This document shows, in pieces, positions 11,988-23,420 of a stretch of DNA of 64,000 nucleotides. The DNA is taken from assembly GCF_006345805.1 (NCBI RefSeq), contig NC_043002.1, positions 104,966,001-105,030,000 of the forward strand, in the 5' to 3' direction. The first letter of the stretch is position 1. Each line of letters starts with the position of its first letter. Under the pieces are notes generated by a model. It was not told where the DNA came from. It saw only the letters and a program-made list of their open reading frames with translations, and did no database searches. This stretch comes from Octopus sinensis. Taxonomy: Eukaryota. The translations under genes were made by a program, and so were the position numbers.

Positions 11988-12719
11988 TGTGTGTTGTGTG
12001 GGGGTGGGGGTGGGGTGTGTTCAGGTCTGTTTCTCCACCGCTACCGCTTCACAACTGGTACTGGTGTGTTTACGTAAATAGCGGTTCGGCAATTGGGCAA
12101 AACAGCCCACTAGAAAGAGTTCCAGGTTTACGAATAGAAATGAATTAATGGGGTAGGTTCGTTCGAATAAATTTATTGAAGACGGTAGACCAGTATGGTC
12201 TCTCCGTTTTTTGGGTATTTTTGTTTTTGCTTTTTTGTTTTTGTTGTAGTACACATTCGCTAGCTCACTTACAAAAGGGTCTAATGCTAGACTTTTTTTC
12301 GGGGTAACCAGATCGAACCGTCTCAAGTGTAACTGCCCGAACTGGTCGTGACTTCTGGAACATGACTGAAAAAAAAACCCACGAATGACCCGTCTTTTTT
12401 ACCTGTCCTTCTAATTGTTGTTTCTTTTGTCCGCTTTCGCATCGTCTCTCTGTCCGAATTTTTTAATGTCCTGTATTACGTTTTTGTTCCATATATATAT
12501 ATGTATGCCCATGCACTGCATAGGGAATATATATACTTAAGTACTTATAAGAATAGATATATTCGAATCTAAACCTATATGCCCACTCTCATTTCTCTCA
12601 CACACACACATACAGACACGCAGATGTGCATCCCTCACACACATACGCACATATGCACACACAAAGACATACCCTCTCCTACACACTCACACGCATAGTA
12701 GCATGCACACACACATACA

Positions 12720-13001
12720 TTCCTAAACAGTCTGATCTGAAAATCCGCTGAAAATAGAAATGCCAGATTTCTATTCCACAATTTTTGTAGGGATAGAATC
12801 CTAAAAAAGGGAAGCAGGTGAGAAGTAGTTCTCATACGAAGAAACATCTTGACACCATTTTTGCATTCCAAGATAATGCCTCTAGTGGAATCTGGCCAAG
12901 ATCCTGCTGAAACTACCAACCAGCTACCATTATCCATTCCTTTGTCTGATTCAGTGGATAATTCTTGCCGTATTTCGGTGTTTACAACAATATTGCGCTG
13001 A
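12720..13001 (-). other. Unique-sequence island with about 95 open codons (RNIVVNTEIRQELSTESDKGMDNG...), possible exon(s)
   Basis: Acceptor-like attttcctcag| near 13001 and a second strong acceptor tctcacctgcttcccttttttag| near 12805. No family recognised. Confidence 0.2.
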
Positions 13002-13065
13002 GGAAAATATTATTATTATCATTATTATTATACATGCTACTACTACTACTACTACTACTACTACT

Positions 13066-13107
<42 letters not shown>

Positions 13108-13439
13108 ATAATAATAATAATAATAATATAATAATAATAATAATAATATTAATAATGCTAGTTCTTTCGTTGTTGCCCGTATCACTTTTATTCATATTCT
13201 TATTCTGGTAAAATTGTGGGAGTGTGTGTGTGTGTGTGTGTGTGTGCTTGCCTATGTGTTTGTGAATACGTGTTGTTTTTGTGTACTAGTGTGTTTATGG
13301 ATGCGTGTGTTTGTGGATGTCTGTATGTTTGTGTGTGCGTGTAGGTTTTTGTGTGATCGTGTATCCGTGTATTTTGGGTGGGGACGTGTGTGCTTGCGTC
13401 GTGTGTATTCGTGGATTTAAGTGAGTGTGTATTTGCGCT

Positions 13440-14110
13440 TGTTCCTGAAAAAGGTTGTGTTTCTGCTGATGGTGGTTAATTTCTTCGACGGGACGGACTG
13501 ACGGTTGTTCATTCTTGGTTTTCTGTATTCGTTGTTCTTCCATATTTGGGGTCACCGAAGTAGCTTCATTTAGTTTTGTGTCTTTTCGCTATGGCTCAGC
13601 TGAGGTCTCATTCGGTGGTGTGTCTATCTCGTTTTGGTGGGTCTTTTCTTTTTCCCTTCCTTTTGACCATTCTGCTCTAAGGTTGCCTTTCTCACCACAT
13701 TTATAACACCTGGGTCTACGCCCCTCGATCAATACCTTATGGTTCGTGTCTTTCCCAAGTACGATAGAATTAGGAATTTCCTCAAGGTCGAGGGAGTGGC
13801 TTGAATTGTGAGCTCCAATGCTTGGTCGATCCAGTTTTGGTGCTTAAATCTTCTGGCCTGGAGGATGAGGATTTTGCCCTCCAGGCCGTAATAATGCTTC
13901 AGGTCAGATTTCTCCCACCCTTGCCTTGGAAATCTTTCTCCAAAGGTAAGTTGGCAGAAGTCGTCGGCAGACTTCAGGGTAACTATGGAGTGCTCCCTAG
14001 GCTTTTCTTCGCTGGGGAAACGGACTTTCACAGTCCCGAATCGTCTACCTCTGGTTCCCTGCCATATTGGTTGCAGGCACTTCTCGGTGGCATCTTTTGA
14101 CACGAAGTCA
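13440..14110 (-). mobile_element. Degraded gag-like ORF1 of a non-LTR retrotransposon (L1/Tx1-like)
   Basis: Minus-strand translation includes VLIEGRRPRCYKCGEKGNLRAEW, a decayed CX2CX4HX4C knuckle typical of ORF1p, with frameshifts upstream. Confidence 0.5.
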
Positions 14111-14819
14111 ATTTATTTTTACTTTTTTGACGTCTAACGTCTTATATATTAGGGTTTTCGTTTCCGTGGTATGCATAATTTCACTCGGAGGGACCACTTA
14201 CATCATATCCCTTCTTGTGAATCAGTCTGATTGTATTTCTGCAACTCTTCCTTATTTATATCTAAGGATTTAACAAAGTGAGACTTTGGTTTTTCAGCCT
14301 GTTTTCAGGCACAGTATTATTCTTCATTTTTCACAACAGATACACTTTCTGCCTGTTCACCAGGCATGTTTTTGTCAGACCTTATCACAGGCATGTCGAT
14401 AATCTCCTCCGACGTGTTTTCCAGCAAAGCTTGCATTAATATATCGCTATTTTCCTCCGCAGAGGATCTTGAAATTGACGACAGTTCCATAAATAATAAT
14501 TGTCTTTCCCCCTTGTTTCAGGGGGGAAAACACGCACAAATCTGCTTTACCAGCAGAAAACGTGTAGCCTTACGACTAAAAGCAGTTCAACAATAGCAAT
14601 ACGGAATTCAGAAATTCAACCAACCTTCATACGGAGCGAATCGAAAATACGCCTGTACACTAAAGAAGGGTGCGACTGTTACCGAATGAACAATATTTCA
14701 ACATATCGTGCGTCTTCCACAATTTCAAAATAAACATCTCAATCTACCAAATATTACCAAAATGAAGTATGTGGAGGACACACGAGACGTCGAAATATTG
14801 TTCATTCGATAACAGTCGC

Positions 14820-14958
<139 letters not shown>

Positions 14959-15056
14959 TCAGTAGTTTTATTTTTATAGCGTGCTTTCACTTCACTACCG
15001 AGCGCAGCTCTGTGTGCCTTGGGTATGTGCTGTGATTTGTTGTGATGCTCTGATGG

Positions 15057-16670
15057 TTATTGTATGGAAAGTGTTCTGCGTAGGATGTGTGCAGTGCCTA
15101 GTAGTGCAATTTTCTGTATGTTATATGTGTTTGTAAGTCCTGGTGTTTTTATTATGTATTTGTCTGAATATTTTTTTATCATGCCTAATGCACCTACTAT
15201 GATAGGAATTGTTTCTGTTTTCAGATTCCACATTCTAGTTACCTCTATTTCCAGGTCTTTGTATTTTGAGAGTTTCTCCATTTCTGTTAGAGACACGTTG
15301 TCATCAGCCGGTATTGATACATCAATTAGAAAGCATTTTTTTTCTTCGTGATCTCTGACAAGTATATCTGGTCTGTTGGCCTTAATTTCTCTATCTGTGT
15401 GTATCGGCATATCCCAGAGTATGGTTGCTTTCTCGTTTTCTGTGACGTTTTCTGGTGTGTGCCTATACCATCTTTTTTCTGTTGTTATTCCATAATGTTG
15501 GCATAGCTTCCAATGTATGTAGGTTCCAACTCTGTCATGTCTGTGAATATATTCCTTCTTAGCCAGGACTGGGCAGCTAGAGATAATATGATTTATTGTT
15601 TCTTGTCCATCTCCACATATTCTGCAGTTACTTGTAGTATTTCTTTTCATTACATGTTTTTGGTAATTTCTGGTGGGGAGGCTTTGGTCTTGTGCTGCAA
15701 TTAAAAATCCCTCTGTTTCTGCTTTGAGTCTTGAGCTTCTCAACCATTGCTGGGATTTTTCTTTGTCTATTTCTTTTGCGTTTAGTTTAGTGCAGTATTT
15801 ACCATGAAGGGGCTTTTCTTGCTCTTCTGGGAACAGTTTGTTTTCGTCCAGGTGCTTGTTCAGCCTTTGCGATATCACTGCAGTGAATGCCTTGAACATA
15901 GTAGGGAGGCAGGTTATTGGTCTGTAGTTTTCTGGTTTTGCTGTTTCATTTGATTTGGGAATTAAGATGGATTTCCCCTTCGTGAGCCATTCAGGCATTG
16001 TCTCTGGCTCTGCTAGTATGCTGTTAAAGTTTTCAGCCAGCTTTTTGTGCATTCCTGTTAGATATTTCAACCAGAAGTTGGGGATCTTGTCATGCCCAGG
16101 TGCCTTCCAGTTGCTTAGTTTTTGCAGTGCCTGGGTGACCTCTTCAGTTGTTATGGGGGTCCAAAGTTGTTCAGATGCCGAGTTTGTTATTTTGATACTC
16201 CTTTTTTTTGGCTGTTCGTTCGCCGACCATATTTCTCTCCAGAATTCTTCCAATTCTTCTGCCGTTGGTGCTGCAGTGACTTCTATTTTATTTTTGCCAA
16301 GTTCTTGGTAGAACTTTTTGGGGTTGGAGTTGAACTTTTTGTTCTGTTCAAAGAAGCGTTGGCGTTTCTCGTACCGGCGGATCCTTTGGGCTTTGGCAAG
16401 GATATCTTGCTTCAGCATTTCTTTTATCTCCGGTAAATCTTTTTCTGTGATGTTATATTTGCGGAGCATTTTTGTTCTCTTTTTGTTGCTCAGTAGCGTT
16501 GATTGTTTGCTGATTTCATTAAGACCCGACAGGTCTTTTCTAATTTTTTTTATTTTGTTTTGGATGTTATTTATCCACAGGGTTTGTTTGGGTGGTGGTA
16601 CTCCTGTTTGGGCGGGTTTGGGTGAGTATCCAGCTTCTTTTGTGGCTGCAGTGGCTGCTGCGTATATCAA
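15057..16670 (-). CDS. 537-aa open frame fusing RT N-terminal subdomains directly to CCHC + restriction-like endonuclease (in-frame internal deletion)
   Basis: Junction LFPEEQ|EKPLHGKY near 15820. In the less-deleted relatives at 18.4-25.3 kb, about 1.2 kb (including YMDDLKL) separates FPNEQ from WQEKPLYGKY. Confidence 0.8.
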   Translation of the reverse strand: MIYAAATAATKEAGYSPKPAQTGVPPPKQTLWINNIQNKIKKIRKDLSGLNEISKQSTLLSNKKRTKMLRKYNITEKDLPEIKEMLKQDILAKAQRIRRYEKRQRFFEQNKKFNSNPKKFYQELGKNKIEVTAAPTAEELEEFWREIWSANEQPKKRSIKITNSASEQLWTPITTEEVTQALQKLSNWKAPGHDKIPNFWLKYLTGMHKKLAENFNSILAEPETMPEWLTKGKSILIPKSNETAKPENYRPITCLPTMFKAFTAVISQRLNKHLDENKLFPEEQEKPLHGKYCTKLNAKEIDKEKSQQWLRSSRLKAETEGFLIAAQDQSLPTRNYQKHVMKRNTTSNCRICGDGQETINHIISSCPVLAKKEYIHRHDRVGTYIHWKLCQHYGITTEKRWYRHTPENVTENEKATILWDMPIHTDREIKANRPDILVRDHEEKKCFLIDVSIPADDNVSLTEMEKLSKYKDLEIEVTRMWNLKTETIPIIVGALGMIKKYSDKYIIKTPGLTNTYNIQKIALLGTAHILRRTLSIQ

Positions 16671-17667
16671 GTCATTTAGTTCAGTGATATCACTTTTTTT
16701 TGTTTCAGTGGCTAGTTCAGTGACGGCTAGGTTTTTGCTGTTTATAATTGGTGTTATTTCGTTTATTTTTATTCTTGGGAGTTATGGTCGGTGGTCCATT
16801 TTGGGCTCTGTGGTTTTCAGTTCTTTGATTATTTTATTTTTTATATTATCATAATCATTAGGCTCCCCTTCGTTGTTTACATCGTGTTTGTTGGGAATGT
16901 TGCGTTTGTCTTCGTGTTTTACAGTTTCAGTGTTTATATTATTGGGCATTGTTGTGTGGCTTCTATCTACATTTTCCTGGTGTATTTTTTCTTTTAAATG
17001 TTCTATTTCTATTTCTGATATTTTTGGCTTTGAGAATGTATCTTCGTACGTTAGCTAATTATTAGGGTTCATTGCTGTATCCAAGTCTATATCTCTATTA
17101 TTTTCCTTCCATATTTTATATGTATGTGTTGTTGTATTTTCATTTTTTGGGTAGAGCATTGCTGTGAAGTATGCGTGTAAGATAGAAATGTATTCCTCAC
17201 GTGTCCATTTACGTCTTTTGGGTTTTATTTGCGGGACATGAGGTACAACGTCCGGCCCATTATTTTGACGGTCGTCATTTTCGTAGGGTACCGGTCCGTT
17301 TATTTCTGTTGTCACATTATTTCGCACGTGTAGTTTTCGTACATTTTTTGTTGTAAGTTTAATGTACGTACCGCTCGATTGTTATTCTTGGGTTGAATAG
17401 TATCGGTGGCATTTAATTTCTTCGTAGATCCTTTGTACATGGTGTTTGAGGTCGGGGATGATCGTGATGTTCCACGCATGTTTACATGTGTTGCGTTAGA
17501 GGTGGAGATAATATCGAGTCAAAATACATCATTTCGTTTCGAAAATAGTAATAAATTTCAATTAGTATTACTTACTCGGATACAGTCCAATTCTTTGTTA
17601 GTAAATCTTTGGCTCCATATCGATGTTTGTGGATAGATTTCGGAGCTCTGTATTTTCCTTCTTACAT

Positions 17668-17735
17668 CTTAAACGTCCCCGGTGTTCTCTCTTAAACGTC
17701 CCCGGTGTTCTCTCTTAAACGTCCCCGGTGTTCTC
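17668..17735. repeat. 3 x 23-bp tandem repeat (cttaaacgtccccggtgttctct) at the 5' end of element 1
   Basis: Units at 17668-17690, 17691-17713 and 17714-17735, immediately followed by (TTA)n. Confidence 0.95.
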
Positions 17736-17736
17736 C

Positions 17737-17810
<74 letters not shown>

Positions 17811-17812
<2 letters not shown>

Positions 17813-18340
17813 GTGATGAAAACTCAAAGGTTCTTTTGCTGGGTAAAAGTGTCAGCTGTCCACAGCCATCAGACTTTAGGTGACACCTCTTTATTGGTCA
17901 TGCTTCAAAGACTCTACGAAAACATCTTGCAGCCCCAAACAATGTTGATTTTTGTAAAAGTTCTACATTCACACTCGCACCAATCTTTTCCAGTCATTTT
18001 GGTAGTTGAGTACTGATACTTCCAAGTGCACCAATTACTATTGATATCACGTCTGCTCTTTTCATTGACCACAAACTTTGTATTTCCCACTTCAAATCGT
18101 CATAGATGTTACTTTTTTCTTCTTCTTTTACGTTTGTCTTGTTGTCATTGGGGCATACTATGTCGATTCTAATAATCTTCTTTTTTATATTTTATTTCAT
18201 TGCGTCCCACAGGCTTTTGCAATTCTTATTCTCGCTGACTCCTTCTGGTGTTTTCTGATACCAGTTCTTTGCTCTTAGTAGGCCATAATTCCCACAGAGT
18301 TCCCAGTGGATCATACTTGCCACATTGTCACGCCGTCTTT
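17811..18340 (-). mobile_element. 3' fragment of a third R4/Dong-like family (RLE C-terminus), degraded
   Basis: Minus-strand remnant DDLKWEIQSLWSMKRADVISIVIGALGSIS...LLQKSTLFGAARCFRRV. Bounded by (TTA)n at 17737-17810 and (TTA/TCA)n at 18355-18433. Confidence 0.7.
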
Positions 18341-18433
18341 TTATCATGTTGCATTATTTATTATTATCATCATCATCATCATCATCATCATTATTATTAT
18401 TATTATTATTTTATTTTTATTATTATTATTATT

Positions 18434-21400
18434 CTACGTTTGACTTTTGCTTTATGTCTGTACAAGTTGGCTCCAAATCTCACCCAGAGACCTCAAGAGA
18501 CAACAGGTTGGAAGTCCACGTTGTTGTTATGCCTAGTGTGCCATATATTTGGGGTTTTTTTTGGTGTTGTAATAGTGAATGTCTAATACATAAAAAAAAG
18601 TTTGTTTTAAACCTTGGGATTACATAGAGAGTATTTTGCGTAGGATATTAGCAGTTCCCAAGAGCACTATCTTTTGAATTTCTGCCATTTTGGGGTTTCC
18701 TGGTATCTGAGTTAGGTAGCAATCAGCCCCTTTCGCTATCATTCCCAGGGTACCTATGACAACAGGTATTGTTTTAGTCTTCTGCTTCCACATTTTGCTG
18801 ATTTCTATTTCAAGATCTTTATATTTGCTCAGTTTTTGGTAGGTCTTGACAGATATGATTATATCGATTGGGACAGTCATATCAATGAGGAGGCATGTTC
18901 TTTGTCTGAAGTCTTTCAATATGATGTCTGGCCTATTTGCATCTATCTTTCTGTCAGTTTGAATGGTGAAGTTCCAGACGAGTGAGATGTGGTCATTTTC
19001 AAGCACTGGAGGTGGATTGGGTTCCCACCAGTTTTTTTCATGGGGCAAATCCAGGTTTTTGCAAATTACCCAGTGAATATATCGTGCAGCTCTATCATGC
19101 CTGTTGAGGTACTCTGTAGCCGCTAGAAGACTGCATTTGGAGACAACATGATCAATGGTTTCATTTTTTTGTCGGCATACACGACATGTTGGGCTACTGC
19201 CGTTCTTTAATATGTTGGCCTGGTAGTTTCTTGTTGGTAGGCATTGATGTTGAGCTGCTATGATAAACCCTTCTGTTTCAGATTTTGAGCCAGAGGCCAT
19301 TAATCATTGATGGGTCAGGGCTTTGTCAATATCTGCATTATTCGCTCTCTTTGGGTATTTGCCATAGAGAGGTTTTTCTTGCCATTTATTATTCAGAATA
19401 TCTAAGGCCTCAGATTTAGCACGGGTTTTCATGCGCTTAGCTTTTTCTGTGCTTGTTTCTTGTATGTCTATCTCTAATTCCGAAATTTGTTGTATTCGGA
19501 ATTCACTTAGATATTCCTTTGCCTGTTTGTTACTGAGAATGATGCTTTCTTGTGTTCATGTTTTGAGACAAGTTTTAACATCCATTCCTCAGAGTTTTTC
19601 AGGTAGGTGTCTAGGCCAATTGTAGCAATCTTCATTGTTATTGCCAGTTGCAAAAGGCCACGGGCTCCCTCTTTACTTGGCAGATAAAGTCTTTCTGCAT
19701 CTGCCTTAGGGTGGTGCATTCTATGCATTGTCAACAGTTTTCTTATTTTTTGTCGAGCTGACACATTTCAGTAATTGACCAGTTAACGATATTGAAACTG
19801 TAAGTCACGACTGGTATGGCTAAAGCATTGATCGCTTCGATCCTGTTTCTTGCATTTAGCTCTGTCTTGTGTATTGCTCTCACTCTTCGATAACATTCTC
19901 TCCTGATTCTTTCCTTCATCTCTGAATGTCTTATTCCGTTCCCGTCAATTACCCCTAAGTACTTGTAGCTATCCGCTGGGTCTAGTTCTTTTATGACATT
20001 CTGCTGGTCAAGGTTAACGTTAGATGTTTCTGTCATTTTTTCTTTGATAAAGGTAGCTTTTGCACATTTATCGAGACCGAATTGCATTCTGATGTCGTCA
20101 CTGAATTGTTTGACTATCGCTAGTAAGCCCTTGAGTTGTTGGTCATTTTTTTCAAAAAGCTTTAAATCATCCATAAATTTTTATCAAACATTTTATACCC
20201 GTACTGCGCGTCATTGAGCAGTTTTGAGAGAGGTATTAAGGCTAAACAAAAAGGAGTGGTGACAGTGAGTCACCCTGGAAAATGCCACTCGAAATTTTTA
20301 CATCACCATTTAGGGATTCATTGTCACTGTTCAGAGTTAGTGTGGTTCTCCATGATCTCATACTTACAGTCAAAAAGTTTCGCAGAGTAGGTGCTATCTT
20401 ATACATTTCCAGGCATTTCCTAATCCAGCTATGTGGTAGGCTATCAAAAGCCTTTTTATAGTCTATCCAGGTTATTGATAAATTTTTGTGTCGTTTGTGA
20501 CAATTTTCTAAGATCATCTTATTGATGAGTAGTTGATTTTTACAGCCGTAGGATCCACGTTTACATCCTTTCTGTTCATTAGGGAATATGCTGCTGTCTG
20601 TTAAAAAACTATAAGTATATTCCGTCAGGACAGATGTTAGCGTTTTATACATAGTTGTTAAGCAGGTTATGGGTCTATAGTTTTTTGGTTCATTTGTTTC
20701 TTCACCTTTTGGAAGCAGGAATGTTAACCCATTAACTAGCCAAGGAGGCATCCTACTAGAGTGTTGCAAAACATCATTGTACAGTTCTGTTAGCAGTTCA
20801 TGGCTCTCTGGGAAGGCATTCAGCCAGAAGTTAGGAATTTTATCCTTTCCTGGAGACTTCCATTTGCTTCACCTCCTGAGAGCAGATCTTATATCTTCTA
20901 CCTTGACACCGGGGACCTTTTCGGTGTTTTTTCTTCTGACCGAATTTTATTCCAAAATCCCTACACTTCTTCTTTTGATGGTACAGACCTTGCAGTAAAC
21001 GCTGTTTTTCCTATCTTCCTGTAAAAATTCTTGGGGTTATTTTTGAACATGTTGTTGTCCTTGAAAAATATAACACGCTTTTCATACCTCGCTATGCGGG
21101 CAGCTTTGGCAGATACCTTTTGTTTGATGGTTTCTATGGTGGCATCAATATCAAGTATAGTTTTCATATTGTATTTTTTCAGCAATTTTGGGGTTTTTGT
21201 AGGTTTGGTAGTCTTGTGAATCTTAAGGTTTTTCATATATTCAATGTCAGATCTAAATAGTTTAATTTGTTGTTGCAAACGCTCTTGCTAAGAAGGCTTT
21301 TTGTGGGAATGTTGCCGTTTTCTAATCTTTACACCACATAGGATCGTTGAGATTTTCGCGGTGGTTGAGATATGTGATATCAACATCATTGGCTGAAATT

Positions 21401-22520
21401 ATATCCTTAAGTGCAAGCCGGATTTTACCAATTATTTTCATGTTTTGGTTAGAGTTGCGGATTTTAGGGATTGTATCACGTTCATCCAAGCTGGTTTCTT
21501 TAATTTTCAGCTATTCAATCATGATTTGATTTATTAGCTCATGTAGTTCTGTTGGGTCAATATTTGTGTGACTTTCTTTATCTATTTGATGTTCATCTGT
21601 CTTAGTGTTTATGATTGGTTCAGGGAGTATTTCACTTTGCCTATCACTTATACTAACTCTTTCAATCCTTACTTCGTTTTTATCAGCCCTGGGCTGGTCT
21701 ATAATTATTTCGTCTGTATTATCTTCTCTAGTTGCAGCTTCGTTCATTTTATCCGATATTGCTTGTCTAAATTGATCAATCTCTACTGCAGTCAGTAATT
21801 TTTTTTTTATAATATTTCTTCTGACGTTGGCAATTTTTTTAGTGTCTATGTAGGGCCTTACTTCAGGGTGTTTCTGTCTCCAGTTTAAGTATGTTTGTAC
21901 AGCGTTAGATTTATCTGTGGGGAAATATATGGCATGGTAGAAGGCCGCAAGAACTTCTTTATTATCTTCCCTAGTCCATTTTTCCTTCTTTTTCTTTTGA
22001 GTGTTTGGTGACGAGCATGGATGGCCATATGTTGGAATATTCCGGTTGTGGGGTACGTCCAGCTCCTGTGTGTTGGGAAGATTTGATCCAGTAGTTGATT
22101 TTTCAATCAGAATTTGGTTCAATTTTCGGGTACGTGATCTTTTGTAATCCGCGCGACGACCAATGCGGTTTATAGTTTGATTTGTTGACATTGAAGCATG
22201 ACGAGCTTCCACTCTTACATTAAGAGATGGATCTGTCAGTTTAGGGTTCTCTACACGTAAGCATTGCTCGTAGCGCAACTTCTTAAGGCTAGCAGATCTG
22301 TATTCTTCTGTATTTTTTTTTTTTTTGTTGATAGTTTTATCTCCGAACATTTTTTCTCCTTCTCTTCCCTTTTTCCTCTCTCTTTCTCTCTATCTCCTTA
22401 TTCCTCTCTTTCCTTCTTTCTTTTCCCTTCCTCTTTTAAACTTATAAAAGGCTCACTCTGCCTGTATTAGTTCGAAATAATGAGAATAAAATACGGAGAA
22501 AAAAGAAAAAAGTGATCTGT
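18434..22520 (-). mobile_element. R4/Dong-like element 2 (family Y), about 4 kb, apparently full length, frameshifted
   Basis: Pieces in order: KEKWTREDNKEV (21511-22350), RT0-2, ITWIDYKKAFDSLPHSW, GIFQGDSLSPLLF, MDDLKLF, YKYLG, thumb, CRVCRQKNETIDHVVSKC, ANRPDI...KYKDL. The 5' boundary is approximate. Confidence 0.9.
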
Positions 22521-23294
22521 CAGTTATTATTGTTATTACTATCACCATCACCACCATCACCACCATCATTATCATCAATGATATTGTTTTATGTGTAGTC
22601 ACAGCAGTATCTTATTATTGTTATTTTTGTTCTTATCATTTTCACCATCATCACCACTACTGCCATTGTGTGGGGGAATAGTTGGTTAAAGAGGTCATGT
22701 TCTATGATAGATTCAGCAGATGGTGGAGACAAAGGACATTAATGGTCAGTAAAAGGTCAAACCTGTTTACATTTATTTTTTCCTTTCTCTTTTCTTCCTT
22801 TCCACATACATATGTATATGTATATGTATACTCACACACATATATTATCTAATGTTCACGTCGATGATTTTTTTAAATTTCTGAATTCAATGTTATGTAT
22901 ATATCTTTTAAATTTCTGAATTCAGTTGTATGTATATATTAGCAGGTGCTTACTTCCATAATTTTTTATCGTGCATTTAATTGTGTTGTTACAATAAAAG
23001 GCAATTTGAAAGGCAATTTTACACATTCTTATAGTCATGAGAGACGACTAAATGTTCACACAAAATTGGAGATATTTATGTTTCTAAGTTTTCTTGTTAG
23101 GTGTACGTTTGTATGAGCTGTAGATATGTAAGTTCCTTAACTTATTTTGAGGGAAATGCAAATTACTCACAGAAAACAGTAGATCTTCCAGTTTTCTACA
23201 GTTGTTTTTTTCAGTTGTCCTGCTGGGTTAGCTGTTGTCAGTTCAGAGCATCGAAAAAATACGTCCATCCTCTGTCACGTCCAGGCTTCTTCTT

Positions 23295-23380
<86 letters not shown>

Positions 23381-23420
23381 TACTACTACTACTACTATTA
23401 TTATTATTATTATTATTATT

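Larger units (their letters stand above)
14960..17736 (-). mobile_element. R4/Dong-like RLE non-LTR retrotransposon, family X, element 1; 5' end present, RT core deleted
   Basis: N-terminal RRKWTREE motif. WKAPGHDKIPNFWLK and NYRPITCLPT (RT0-2). CRICGDGQETINHIISSC (CCHC), RHD, ANRPDI...LIDVSIP...KYKDL (RLE). Flanked by (TAA)n on both sides. Confidence 0.9.

Noticed and set aside
15064-16854. Plus-strand ORFs overlapping the retrotransposons (e.g. 16318..16854, 178 aa)
   Set aside because: Antisense shadows of A-rich minus-strand coding sequence.
17668-17735. CRISPR-like array
   Set aside because: The repeats are directly adjacent with no spacers, and the context is eukaryotic.
22870-22940. 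Short local tandem duplications (about 35 bp here, about 27 bp at 55840-55893, 12-mer at 10130-10185)
   Set aside because: Ordinary slippage products with no further structure.
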